NCBI GenBank assembly: GCA_022848865.1
Contig: JAJISE010000001.1
Location: 49,036-113,035, forward strand
Length of the DNA stretch: 64,000 bases
Direction of reading: 5' to 3'
Source of the DNA: Thermoplasmatota archaeon
GTDB taxonomy: Archaea; Thermoplasmatota; Thermoplasmata; RBG-16-68-12; JAGMCJ01
A program made the position numbers and the translations under genes. The notes below the pieces were generated by a model. That model did not search any database, had not been told where the DNA came from, and saw nothing but the letters and a program-made list of their open reading frames with translations. This document shows positions 56,475 to 64,000 of this stretch, piece after piece; position 1 is the stretch's first letter, and each line of letters opens with the position of its first letter.

Positions 56475-56865
56475 ATGCCTCGGAATCACCTGGAGCAACT
56501 GGTTCATGAATGGTATGAGTACAATGGATACTCTGTGCGGAGTAACGTCAAAGTGGGCCCACGTCCCCATGGCGGGTACGAAGGCGAATTGGACATTGTT
56601 GCTTTCAACCCAGAGTCAGGAGAGATTGTCCACGTTTGAATCTTCTAACGACGCTCTTTCTTGGATCAAGAGAGAGATGCGGTATGAGAGAAAGTTCAGC
56701 CTTGGAAAGAGATTCATTCCTGGACTATTTCCAAAGAGCCAGTCAAGACTAGATCAGATAGCTCTCCTCGTCTATGCAAGCAAGGATGCCCAAGGAAAGG
56801 AGTTGGGTGGAGGGTATGCACCATCGGTGGTTTTCTGGATGAGATATGTGCCAAACTCCTTGTGA
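56475..56865 (+). pseudogene. Frameshifted small PD-(D/E)xK nuclease-fold gene.
   Basis: A 54-codon ORF follows the strong SD AAGGAG and reads ...GELDIVAFNPESGEIVHV before a stop at 56637-56639. The protein continues in the adjacent frame (ESSNDALSWIKREMRYERKF...) to 56865. A 1-nt indel near 56636 is implied. Confidence 0.45.
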
Positions 56866-57242
56866 AGCCCCCCCGAAGTGAGGCAGTTCCTGAGAACTAC
56901 CCGTTGTTGAGGACCATTCAGTTTGTGTTGCACTTCACAGAGTTGGGAAGATCTAATCCTGATCGAAGCCTGAAAAATGAGAACCAAGTCGAAAAGCCCC
57001 GTTTCGAACCCATTTGGGCCCGAATCCCCGTGAGCCCGTACCTCTCTTGCTGGCTGAAAATCAATTCGCGGTTTCTTCAATCTTGCTATCTGATCCTACG
57101 GACTTCTTCTCGACAACATCCCTTACCCTCTCCCCAAGGGATGCCTTCGCGTTGGCTACTGCGGGCGAAAGGATTATAGAACCCGAGCCATATGTGAAGC
57201 TCCAGAGGGGAGGAATGTGAAAGTGTCCTGGAGGGCTCAATC

Positions 57243-57773
57243 ATGGTGAAGTGCAAGAAGTGCAACAGAGAGATTCCGGTCGCGTCGAACTTCTGTCCAC
57301 GCTGCGGGTCCAAGCTCGGATTGGAGGCGAGGATCAAGAAGTGGAACCCGACGCAGAGGAAGGCGACGAACCTTGCGAAGACGCTCCAAGGACTGCGCCT
57401 GCAGAGGAAGGGAATCAAGAACGAGGCGGATGTCGAGAAGCAGATCATCTCGCTCCTTGCCGATGAGAGGGGCTTCCGGCACCGGTGGGGAGAGAGATCC
57501 GACGTCAAGCCCGTGTACGCCCTGGGATTCAAGCACGGTCCGGACGCTGAGGTCAGGGGGATAGCCCTCGAGGTGAAGTACGCCACGGGCTCGAGACACA
57601 TCCAGCAGGCGATCGGACAGGGGTTCCTGTACCACACCCAATATCCCTACGTCATGCTGTTCCTAGTCGATGGGACGAAGTCGAAGAAGATCAAGAAGAG
57701 CCTGGATTCCAAGGACGCCCAGCGGTTCGTGAGGAAGCTCAAGGAGATGGGGCTGTATCTGATCGTGAAGTGA
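57243..57773 (+). CDS. Zinc-ribbon plus PD-(D/E)xK (Hjc-like) nuclease-fold protein.
   Basis: The N-terminal ribbon is CKKCNREIPVASNFCPRCG. The C-terminal block is GFKHGPDAEVRGIALEVKYA (PD...EVK). Confidence 0.45.
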   Translation: MVKCKKCNREIPVASNFCPRCGSKLGLEARIKKWNPTQRKATNLAKTLQGLRLQRKGIKNEADVEKQIISLLADERGFRHRWGERSDVKPVYALGFKHGPDAEVRGIALEVKYATGSRHIQQAIGQGFLYHTQYPYVMLFLVDGTKSKKIKKSLDSKDAQRFVRKLKEMGLYLIVK

Positions 57774-58192
57774 GGGAGATGAAGAAGAAGGTTCTACTGG
57801 CGGCCAGCATCACCGTGGCACTCATCGCCGGTGGTGCTGGGGCATACTACGTGAGCGAGCTACTCGCAGACGAGACCTCGACAATCATCTTCGAGTATGA
57901 CGGAACGGTAGGTGGATCTGGAACGTTTCTGGGCGAGTTTCAGGCATACAGGGATATGGAGATATCCTGGAATTCGACGCCGCACATAGAGGTCCGAGTC
58001 CGATGGGTCTCAGATGGTGAGACAGTCTGGTGGGGAAGCGGAAGAGACAACACGGATCCCCGTGCAGCCAACAATACCATTCAGATAAACCACGCGGATG
58101 AAGGACGCCTTCTCGAGGTCTGGACGCGTCAATATGGTCTTGAAGAGGGAGAACGGTTTAGCGTGCATCTCGTAGTCCGGGCCATCGGATGA
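57770..58192 (+). CDS. Hypothetical membrane-anchored/secreted protein coupled to the previous gene by an ATGA overlap.
   Basis: The N-terminal hydrophobic anchor is KKKVLLAASITVALIAGGAGAYYV. No family is recognised. Confidence 0.35.
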   Translation: MREMKKKVLLAASITVALIAGGAGAYYVSELLADETSTIIFEYDGTVGGSGTFLGEFQAYRDMEISWNSTPHIEVRVRWVSDGETVWWGSGRDNTDPRAANNTIQINHADEGRLLEVWTRQYGLEEGERFSVHLVVRAIG

Positions 58193-58492
58193 GCTGGAAG
58201 TGATTATAAGATTCCCCAAGGCTGAATGTCAACTGCTCAGAACCTCGCTCAGCAGCTTGTTGCTAGAGGCGAGTGTCAGTTTTGTGTTGCACGTTGCCGG
58301 AGAGAAGGCGAACTCGACCTCCGTGATCGTGTAGTCCCCTGAGAGGCCATACTGGGCGTTGTCGAGACTCACGAACTCGCCCACGGTGAATATGCCCCGG
58401 GGGATTCCGGATCGCCACAGCCACGGCGAAAACGGGCCCTCGGTGCAACGCCACGTATGTCTGGGCCCGCCTGAGCAGGACGTCCCTGTTCG

Positions 58493-58924
58493 TTGTCGGG
58501 AGCGAACACTGGCGACCTCTGCGACAACTGCAACAAGAAGGTCGTGGAGCTCTGCGAGATGCTGAGGGGGGGAATTTTCTGCCGTTCCGAGAAGCGAATA
58601 TGGGTCATCGCCAACGAAGTGATGCTGGACGCTGTCCCCGTGGTCCGAGAGAAGGTTGCTGAGGGTGCGGATTTCAAGCTCGTAATCGACCAGACCTTCA
58701 AGGCTCCTCCGTCGTTCGAGCCCTCCTTACCTGAGCTTTGGCGGCAGGTGCCAAGAATCCCCGTTGCCACGGCGGTTACGGAGAAGGAAGGGATGGTCTG
58801 CTTCCTCGATCGCGAGCTAATGGTGGATTACACCGTCGCGTTCACGTCTGATGAGCCACCGTTCTTGAAGCGGTGCGAGAACCTCGTTGACAACCTTTGG
58901 AAAGAAGGCGTCCCGCTTCAATGA
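58493..58924 (+). CDS. Hypothetical protein.
   Basis: A 143-aa ORF in the island. I recognise no family. Confidence 0.3.
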   Translation: MSGANTGDLCDNCNKKVVELCEMLRGGIFCRSEKRIWVIANEVMLDAVPVVREKVAEGADFKLVIDQTFKAPPSFEPSLPELWRQVPRIPVATAVTEKEGMVCFLDRELMVDYTVAFTSDEPPFLKRCENLVDNLWKEGVPLQ

Positions 58925-59054
58925 TAGTACTCTCGAAACCGCTCGGCTAGAGGTCACGGGCGAACATGAATCCTTCATTCATAGGAGTGATGTTCCCCTG
59001 CAGAAGCGGGGAATAGTAAGGCATTATTAGGCAGATACGCAGATAGCCCAAGAG

Positions 59055-59534
59055 GTGCAGTCCATGAACGAAGAGAAATCCACGGAGGAAGAGGGCCACA
59101 GGAAGTTCGCGGTTGACGCTTTCAACCTGGTCTGGGATCTTCTCGACAAGGAAGAGAGAACGGAGGGAGAGGATGACAAGATGGTTCATGCAGTTCATAC
59201 GTCTCGCTTCCACTGGGGCGAGATAGGAACGCCTCTGGAGTTCGAGAGAGGCGAGTGGCAGATCTCCCGGGTCTACTCGGTTCTGAACAAGCCAGAGTCA
59301 GCACTTCACCACGCAAAGAAGTGCTTGAGCATCTGCAAGGAGAGCGACATCGGAGACTTCGACATCGCCTTCGCGTATGAAGCCACGGCGAGAGCCAACG
59401 CCGTTGCGGGTGAGCAGGCCGAGGCTGAGAAGTACATCAAGTTGGGGAAGGAGGCTGGAGAGCAGATCGCCGAGAAGGGCAACAAGGACTACTTCTTCAG
59501 CGAACTGAAGACGATCCCTGGCTATCAGGAATGA
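59055..59534 (+). CDS. Hypothetical protein.
   Basis: A 159-aa ORF with protein-like composition. I recognise no family. Confidence 0.35.
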   Translation: MQSMNEEKSTEEEGHRKFAVDAFNLVWDLLDKEERTEGEDDKMVHAVHTSRFHWGEIGTPLEFERGEWQISRVYSVLNKPESALHHAKKCLSICKESDIGDFDIAFAYEATARANAVAGEQAEAEKYIKLGKEAGEQIAEKGNKDYFFSELKTIPGYQE

Positions 59535-59566
59535 CGCTCGTCAGGGAATCATCGGCAAGGGCCGCA

Positions 59567-59959
59567 CTACCTGGGCAACTCGAATAGCTGTATCCAGTTG
59601 CCATCAGGATCCTCGATGTATGCCCAGTTTGCGTCTGGCTCCTCGGCCACGTCCGAGACAGGCTCATGACCCTTCTTCTTGAGGTACTTGAGCGCCTTGT
59701 CCAGATTTCGGACTTCGAAGGTGAGATAGTCCAGCTCGTCCCCCTTCTTGAACGGCCCAGCCACCGGACTTCTGTCCGAATACCAATTGAGCGTCAGGAC
59801 ATGCCCGGTGCTTTCGCTCTGCAGGCCAGCGGTCTCGCCCTTGGTGAACGGAATCTCCGAGCGGCCCAAGAACTTCATACCCAGGACCTCCGTGTAGAAA
59901 CGGATCGAACGGTCGAGGTCCTGAACGCGAATTCCCGTGAACGAGAACATGAACTTCAT
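59567..59959 (-). CDS. VOC-family protein (glyoxalase/bleomycin resistance/dioxygenase fold).
   Basis: A betaalphabetabetabeta module with GIRVQDLDRSIRFYTEVLGM and an acidic C-terminal metal site (YIEDPDGNWIQL). Confidence 0.75.
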   Translation of the reverse strand: MKFMFSFTGIRVQDLDRSIRFYTEVLGMKFLGRSEIPFTKGETAGLQSESTGHVLTLNWYSDRSPVAGPFKKGDELDYLTFEVRNLDKALKYLKKKGHEPVSDVAEEPDANWAYIEDPDGNWIQLFELPR

Positions 59960-60117
59960 GGCCGACCGAATGGCTATGGATGATTAAGTCCTAACGATGG
60001 AACGGGAACCTTGTCCCGCCTCGCGATTGGCGATAATCGTCATTCCCATGCTTCAATCGGCCGTCTTTCTCAAATAACCTTTTAATAAGGTCACGGATTC
60101 ACACACGGGGGTAGGAC

Positions 60118-61296
60118 ATGGAAGAAGTTGTACTGGCAAGTGCAGTTCGGACAGCCGTCGGTAAGTTCGGCGGGACGCTGAAGGATATCAATGCGCCTCA
60201 ACTTGGCGGGTATGCAATCGCAGAGTCCATCAAGCGGGCAGGAATCGAGGGCAAGGACATCCAGGAAGTGATAATGGGCAACGTGGTCTCCGCGGGTCTC
60301 GGTCAGAATCCAGCAAGGAGGGCTATGATATTTGCGGGCCTTCCGTACGAGATTGGCGCCTTCACGATCAACAAGGTCTGCGGCTCGGGACTCAAGGCGG
60401 TGATGATCGCGGCGGACGCGATCAAGTCGGGGAGCTATGGCATCATCGTGGCCGGCGGAATGGAGAACATGAATCAATGCCCGTATCTGCTGACAAAAGC
60501 GAGGTACGGTTATCGCCTTTTCCACGGAGAGCTCGTCGACGCGATGGTCCACGACGGACTCTGGGACATCCACAACGACTTCCACATGGGATTGACAGGC
60601 GAGATAGTGGCCGAGAGGTTCAACATCACGCGCGAAGAAATGGACACGCTCGCATATGAGAGTCACTTGAAGGCCGCCAAAGCAACCGAGGAGGGCAGAT
60701 TCAAGGACGAGATTCTCCCGCTTGAGATTCCACAGAGGAAGGGGGACCCGATCACATTCGATAAGGACGAGGGCGTTCGTCCCAATACAACACGTGAGAG
60801 GCTCGCCAAGCTCAAGCCAGCGTTCAAGAAAGATGGGATGATTACGGCAGGAAACGCATCACAGATCAGCGACGGCGCATCAGCCCTTGTCGTCATGGCG
60901 AAGAGCGAGGCTGAGAAGAGAGGCGTCGAGCCTCTCGCGAAAGTTGTCGCATACAACACGAGCGGCGTGGAACCAAAGCATGTCATGTCCGCACCGATTC
61001 CCTCTGTGAAGGCACTGCTCAAGGACAATGGCTTCATAATTGATGACATCGACATCTTCGAGCACAATGAGGCATTCGCGTCCGCGAGCGTGGCCGTGAG
61101 GAGGGAGATAGGAGTTCCTGACGAGAAGTTCAATGTCAATGGCGGTGCCGTCGCTCTCGGACATCCGATCGGGTGCAGTGGTGCGCGGGTCCTCACGACA
61201 CTTCTCTACGCGATGAAGGACAGAAATGCGGGAAGGGGACTGGCCACCCTGTGCCTCGGAGGCGGGAACGCGGTCAGCATGATTGTGGAGATGTGA
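60118..61296 (+). CDS. Acetyl-CoA C-acetyltransferase (thiolase II, bacterial type).
   Basis: Thiolase signatures are present ([11 protein letters not shown] and [20 protein letters not shown]). The length is 392 aa. Confidence 0.9.
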   Translation: MEEVVLASAVRTAVGKFGGTLKDINAPQLGGYAIAESIKRAGIEGKDIQEVIMGNVVSAGLGQNPARRAMIFAGLPYEIGAFTINKVCGSGLKAVMIAADAIKSGSYGIIVAGGMENMNQCPYLLTKARYGYRLFHGELVDAMVHDGLWDIHNDFHMGLTGEIVAERFNITREEMDTLAYESHLKAAKATEEGRFKDEILPLEIPQRKGDPITFDKDEGVRPNTTRERLAKLKPAFKKDGMITAGNASQISDGASALVVMAKSEAEKRGVEPLAKVVAYNTSGVEPKHVMSAPIPSVKALLKDNGFIIDDIDIFEHNEAFASASVAVRREIGVPDEKFNVNGGAVALGHPIGCSGARVLTTLLYAMKDRNAGRGLATLCLGGGNAVSMIVEM

Positions 61297-61298
61297 TC

Positions 61299-62147
61299 AT
61301 GGAAATCAAGCGGATTGGCGTCCTCGGTGCCGGCACCATGGGGAACGGAATCGCCCAAGTAGCCGCGCAGAGCGGCCACGAGGTTGTCATGCGGGACATC
61401 GAGCAGAGGTTCATCGACGGCGGGATGGAGAGCATCAGGAAGAACCTCTCTAGGGGTGTGAAGAAGGGCAGAATCACCGAAGAGCAGATGGAGACAACTC
61501 TGTCCAGAATCAAGCCGACGTTGGATATGGGGGACCTGAGCGGGTCAGACCTGGTCATCGAGGCGGTCATCGAAGACGCGGAACTGAAGAAGAGCGCGTT
61601 CAGGGAGATTGACGAACTCTGTGGGGATCATGTCATCATCGCAACGAACACCTCGAGCATATCAATCACTGATCTCGCATCGGCGATGGAGAGGCCTGAG
61701 AAGTTCATCGGAATGCACTTCATGAACCCTGTGCCTCTTATGAAGCTCGTGGAGGTCATAAGGGGGCTCCAGACAAGCGATGAGACAACGAGTGTGATAT
61801 TGGACCTTGCGGAGAAGATGGGAAAGACGCCCGTGGAAGTGAACGACTACCCAGGTTTCATCTCGAACAGGCTGCTCATGCCGATGATAAACGAGGCCGC
61901 CTTCTGTTTGATGGAGGGAGTGGCGACGAGGGAGAGCATAGACACAGTGATGAAGCTGGGCATGAATCACCCAATGGGGCCGCTCGAACTCGCTGATTTG
62001 ATCGGCTTGGATGTGTGTCTCTTCATCATGGAAGTCCTGTACAACGACTTCAACGACTCGAAGTACAGGCCCTGCCCGCTCCTGAAGAAGATGGTGAGGG
62101 CTGGATATCTGGGCAGAAAAACGAAGAGAGGCTTCTACGATTACTGA
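61299..62147 (+). CDS. hbd: 3-hydroxyacyl-CoA (3-hydroxybutyryl-CoA) dehydrogenase.
   Basis: The NAD-binding motif is [16 protein letters not shown]. The catalytic [15 protein letters not shown] block is also present. The start is the ATG at 61299, 2 nt after the thiolase stop. The track ORF starts 42 codons earlier. Confidence 0.85.
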   Translation: MEIKRIGVLGAGTMGNGIAQVAAQSGHEVVMRDIEQRFIDGGMESIRKNLSRGVKKGRITEEQMETTLSRIKPTLDMGDLSGSDLVIEAVIEDAELKKSAFREIDELCGDHVIIATNTSSISITDLASAMERPEKFIGMHFMNPVPLMKLVEVIRGLQTSDETTSVILDLAEKMGKTPVEVNDYPGFISNRLLMPMINEAAFCLMEGVATRESIDTVMKLGMNHPMGPLELADLIGLDVCLFIMEVLYNDFNDSKYRPCPLLKKMVRAGYLGRKTKRGFYDY

Positions 62148-64000
62148 TCCGGTATGCGGTCCTCTTCGGCGTCGATATCATCCGGCTCTGAGATTTCTGG
62201 CGGCGGCTCTGGCGGCGGCTCCACATAGGCAAAGTCCGCAGCGCCAGGCCACGTCTGGGCTCTCCTCTTTCTCCACCAGAGGAGCATGACGAGGACCACG
62301 ACGAGAATCACAATCAGGAGGATCATCCACCATAGGTCGAAGAGGGTCAGAGTGTGCGTCAAGGTCACGTTCAGCTCTCTTACCTGATTGGGCTCCAGAT
62401 CCACCGTTCTCGTCGCACCGTTGAGTCCTTCCTTCGAGAACCTGACGGTGTAGCTTCCCGCAGGTATGTCCTCGAAGATGTACGAGCCATTGGAGGACGT
62501 ATGGACACTCATATCCAATGCCTGGATAGTGATGACTACGTCACGGAGGTCGACCCCGTTCTCGTCCCTCACCGTTCCGCGTATGGTGCCCGAACCGACA
62601 TCGGTTGTGAAGCTCCAGCTGTGGTCGCTCGTCATATGATTGCTGGACCGGTCCATAGCGGACTGCGTTATGGTGACAGTGTAGTTCGCCCCGTAGCGAA
62701 GGTCGGAGTCGGGAATGAACGTCACCTCCTCGCCATTCCAGACGAAGATGCCGTCCCCCTCCTGCCATACCGTTGTCCCGTCGGTGAAGTGGAAGGCGCT
62801 CTGCACGGAGCTCTCGTCCATAAGCTCGCTGAACCCGATGACTATGTTCTCCGTCACTGGAACGCTGGACCCTGTGGGAGACTCGTCCACCACGGTCGGA
62901 GGAATGTTGTCAGGAATAATCTCCGTTGTGAAGCTCAGGCTGTAGTCATCGCCCCCGACGCCGTTACGGTCACCGTCGAGCGAGATTCCAGAGGCGTCGG
63001 TTGCCACCGATGCATCGAGCGTGACAGTGTACGTTCTTCCGTAGTAGAGGCTCATCGTGGGTTTGAACGTGAACTTGTCCTTTCCCATGTTCCACGTGAC
63101 GTTGCCATCGGACTTGTCCCACGTTGTGGTGGAGTCCGTGTAGCTGAACGAATTGTTGACGGAATCCATATCCATGTTCTCGTTGAACCTCATCTCGATT
63201 TCCGTATTGATATCCACATCGGTCTGCCCAGATTGCGGGATGTTCCCGATGACCTGTGGCGGGTCGTCGTCCACGGGCTCCGTCGTGAAGTTCCAGATGA
63301 AGTCCACGCCGCCCGAGAGATACGAGCCACAGTTGTCTTTGGCCACCGTACCGTTGATCGTGACGTTGTAGTCCGTGCTCGTGTTGAAGTTATCGAACGG
63401 ATTGAAAATCATCGTGTCGGAGATGTGATTGGTTGAATTCCACACGATTTCACCGTGGGACCTGTTCCAGATGTCGATTCCGTCCGTGTAGGAGAACGCG
63501 GTGGCGACCGAACTCTTGTCCATCGGTCTGTCGAATGTCACGATGATGTTGGAGGAGACAGAGACAAACGGCTCCCCGTCTGAGGGGCGCGTGTGGTTGA
63601 CGACAGGTGGTGGCCCTAGCTCGGTCGTGAAGTTCCACAGGAAATCTGGCCCGCTATTCCCGTCGTTGTCCCCGTCGAGGTACTGCCCAGTCTCGTCCTT
63701 CGCGGTCGAGGAAAGTAGCGTCACGTTGTACTGCGTGCAGCAGGCATACGGCTCATCAGGCGTGAAGACGAACGAGACGTTCGTGGGCCAGGTGAAACTC
63801 CCGTGCATCGAGTCTCTCTTGATTTTCCCATCCTTGTAGCTCAGCGACTCCTCAACCGATGTCGTATTCATCAGTTTGCTGAACGTGACGTCAATGGCGG
63901 TGCCCACCGGTATGCCGCCGCCTTCCGGGCTCCAGGCAGTGACAATCGGCGGCTCGGACGGACCCATCGCGATGAACGTCTCAGTGTGCGACGAGTCCAT
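62141..64000 (-). CDS. Large surface protein with Ig-like domains, a carboxypeptidase-regulatory-like domain and a C-terminal TM anchor. Its N-terminus lies beyond the window.
   Basis: The CarboxypepD_reg block is [23 protein letters not shown]...[15 protein letters not shown] helix plus WWRKRRAQ follows, with an acidic tail. The ORF is open to the window edge. Confidence 0.65.
   Translation of the reverse strand: MDSSHTETFIAMGPSEPPIVTAWSPEGGGIPVGTAIDVTFSKLMNTTSVEESLSYKDGKIKRDSMHGSFTWPTNVSFVFTPDEPYACCTQYNVTLLSSTAKDETGQYLDGDNDGNSGPDFLWNFTTELGPPPVVNHTRPSDGEPFVSVSSNIIVTFDRPMDKSSVATAFSYTDGIDIWNRSHGEIVWNSTNHISDTMIFNPFDNFNTSTDYNVTINGTVAKDNCGSYLSGGVDFIWNFTTEPVDDDPPQVIGNIPQSGQTDVDINTEIEMRFNENMDMDSVNNSFSYTDSTTTWDKSDGNVTWNMGKDKFTFKPTMSLYYGRTYTVTLDASVATDASGISLDGDRNGVGGDDYSLSFTTEIIPDNIPPTVVDESPTGSSVPVTENIVIGFSELMDESSVQSAFHFTDGTTVWQEGDGIFVWNGEEVTFIPDSDLRYGANYTVTITQSAMDRSSNHMTSDHSWSFTTDVGSGTIRGTVRDENGVDLRDVVITIQALDMSVHTSSNGSYIFEDIPAGSYTVRFSKEGLNGATRTVDLEPNQVRELNVTLTHTLTLFDLWWMILLIVILVVVLVMLLWWRKRRAQTWPGAADFAYVEPPPEPPPEISEPDDIDAEEDRIPDQ

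Noticed and set aside
56990-57050. T-loop-like string gggcccgaatcc, plus cgtttcgaaccc, suggesting a tRNA.
   Set aside because: No cloverleaf can be drawn. The acceptor-stem complement is missing and the loop sizes are wrong on both strands.
62354-63436. 360-aa plus-strand ORF.
   Set aside because: It is antisense to the Ig/CarboxypepD_reg surface protein that runs to the window edge. It is His/Arg/Val-rich junk.

Overview
This 64-kb window is GC-rich (roughly 58%) archaeal chromosome, most likely from a euryarchaeon. Archaeal information-processing genes are plentiful: TFB (tfb), Orc1/Cdc6, the PolD small subunit DP1, H/ACA Gar1, a two-repeat tRNA-splicing endonuclease (endA), RNase P Rpp21, ribosomal protein S17e, archaeal-type GAPDH, ATP-dependent DNA ligase and Ogt. 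The gene content points to a heterotrophic, peptide/acetate-type metabolism: ADP-forming acetyl-CoA synthetase, M24 and M29 peptidases, a thiolase-hbd pair and a cystathionine lyase-like PLP enzyme. The cell envelope is also well represented by PKD, beta-helix, FG-GAP and CarboxypepD_reg domain proteins with C-terminal TM anchors. Coding density is high, and genes frequently overlap by 1-8 bp (longer at a few convergent ends). Both leaderless promoters (TATA about 27-30 nt before the ATG) and SD-led starts occur. Because of the GC content the six-frame track holds many long spurious antisense ORFs, for example 14263..17499, and I used internal or alternative starts for several genes.

The main things worth a second look are:
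- an 18-unit, 11-bp (one helical turn) phased tandem repeat immediately upstream of gap;
- a roughly 9-kb lower-GC island (about 50.2-59.6 kb) carrying a type II R-M pair, an AlbA_2/Schlafen-like protein, a Zn-phospholipase-C-like surface protein and PD-(D/E)xK nuclease-fold genes, one of them frameshifted;
- a 1284-aa protein with an archaeal type IV pilin-like N-terminus and FG-GAP repeats, paired with a divergent wHTH-ATPase regulator and a palindromic operator-like site;
- an IscS homolog that lacks the PLP-binding lysine, co-oriented with a Cys-cluster protein;
- a PPAT-YjjX NTPase fusion;
- a 43-codon ABC-ATPase gene remnant;
- an AcuC/HDAC-like deacetylase divergent from acetyl-CoA synthetase.

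I could not identify any tRNA, rRNA or CRISPR array with confidence.
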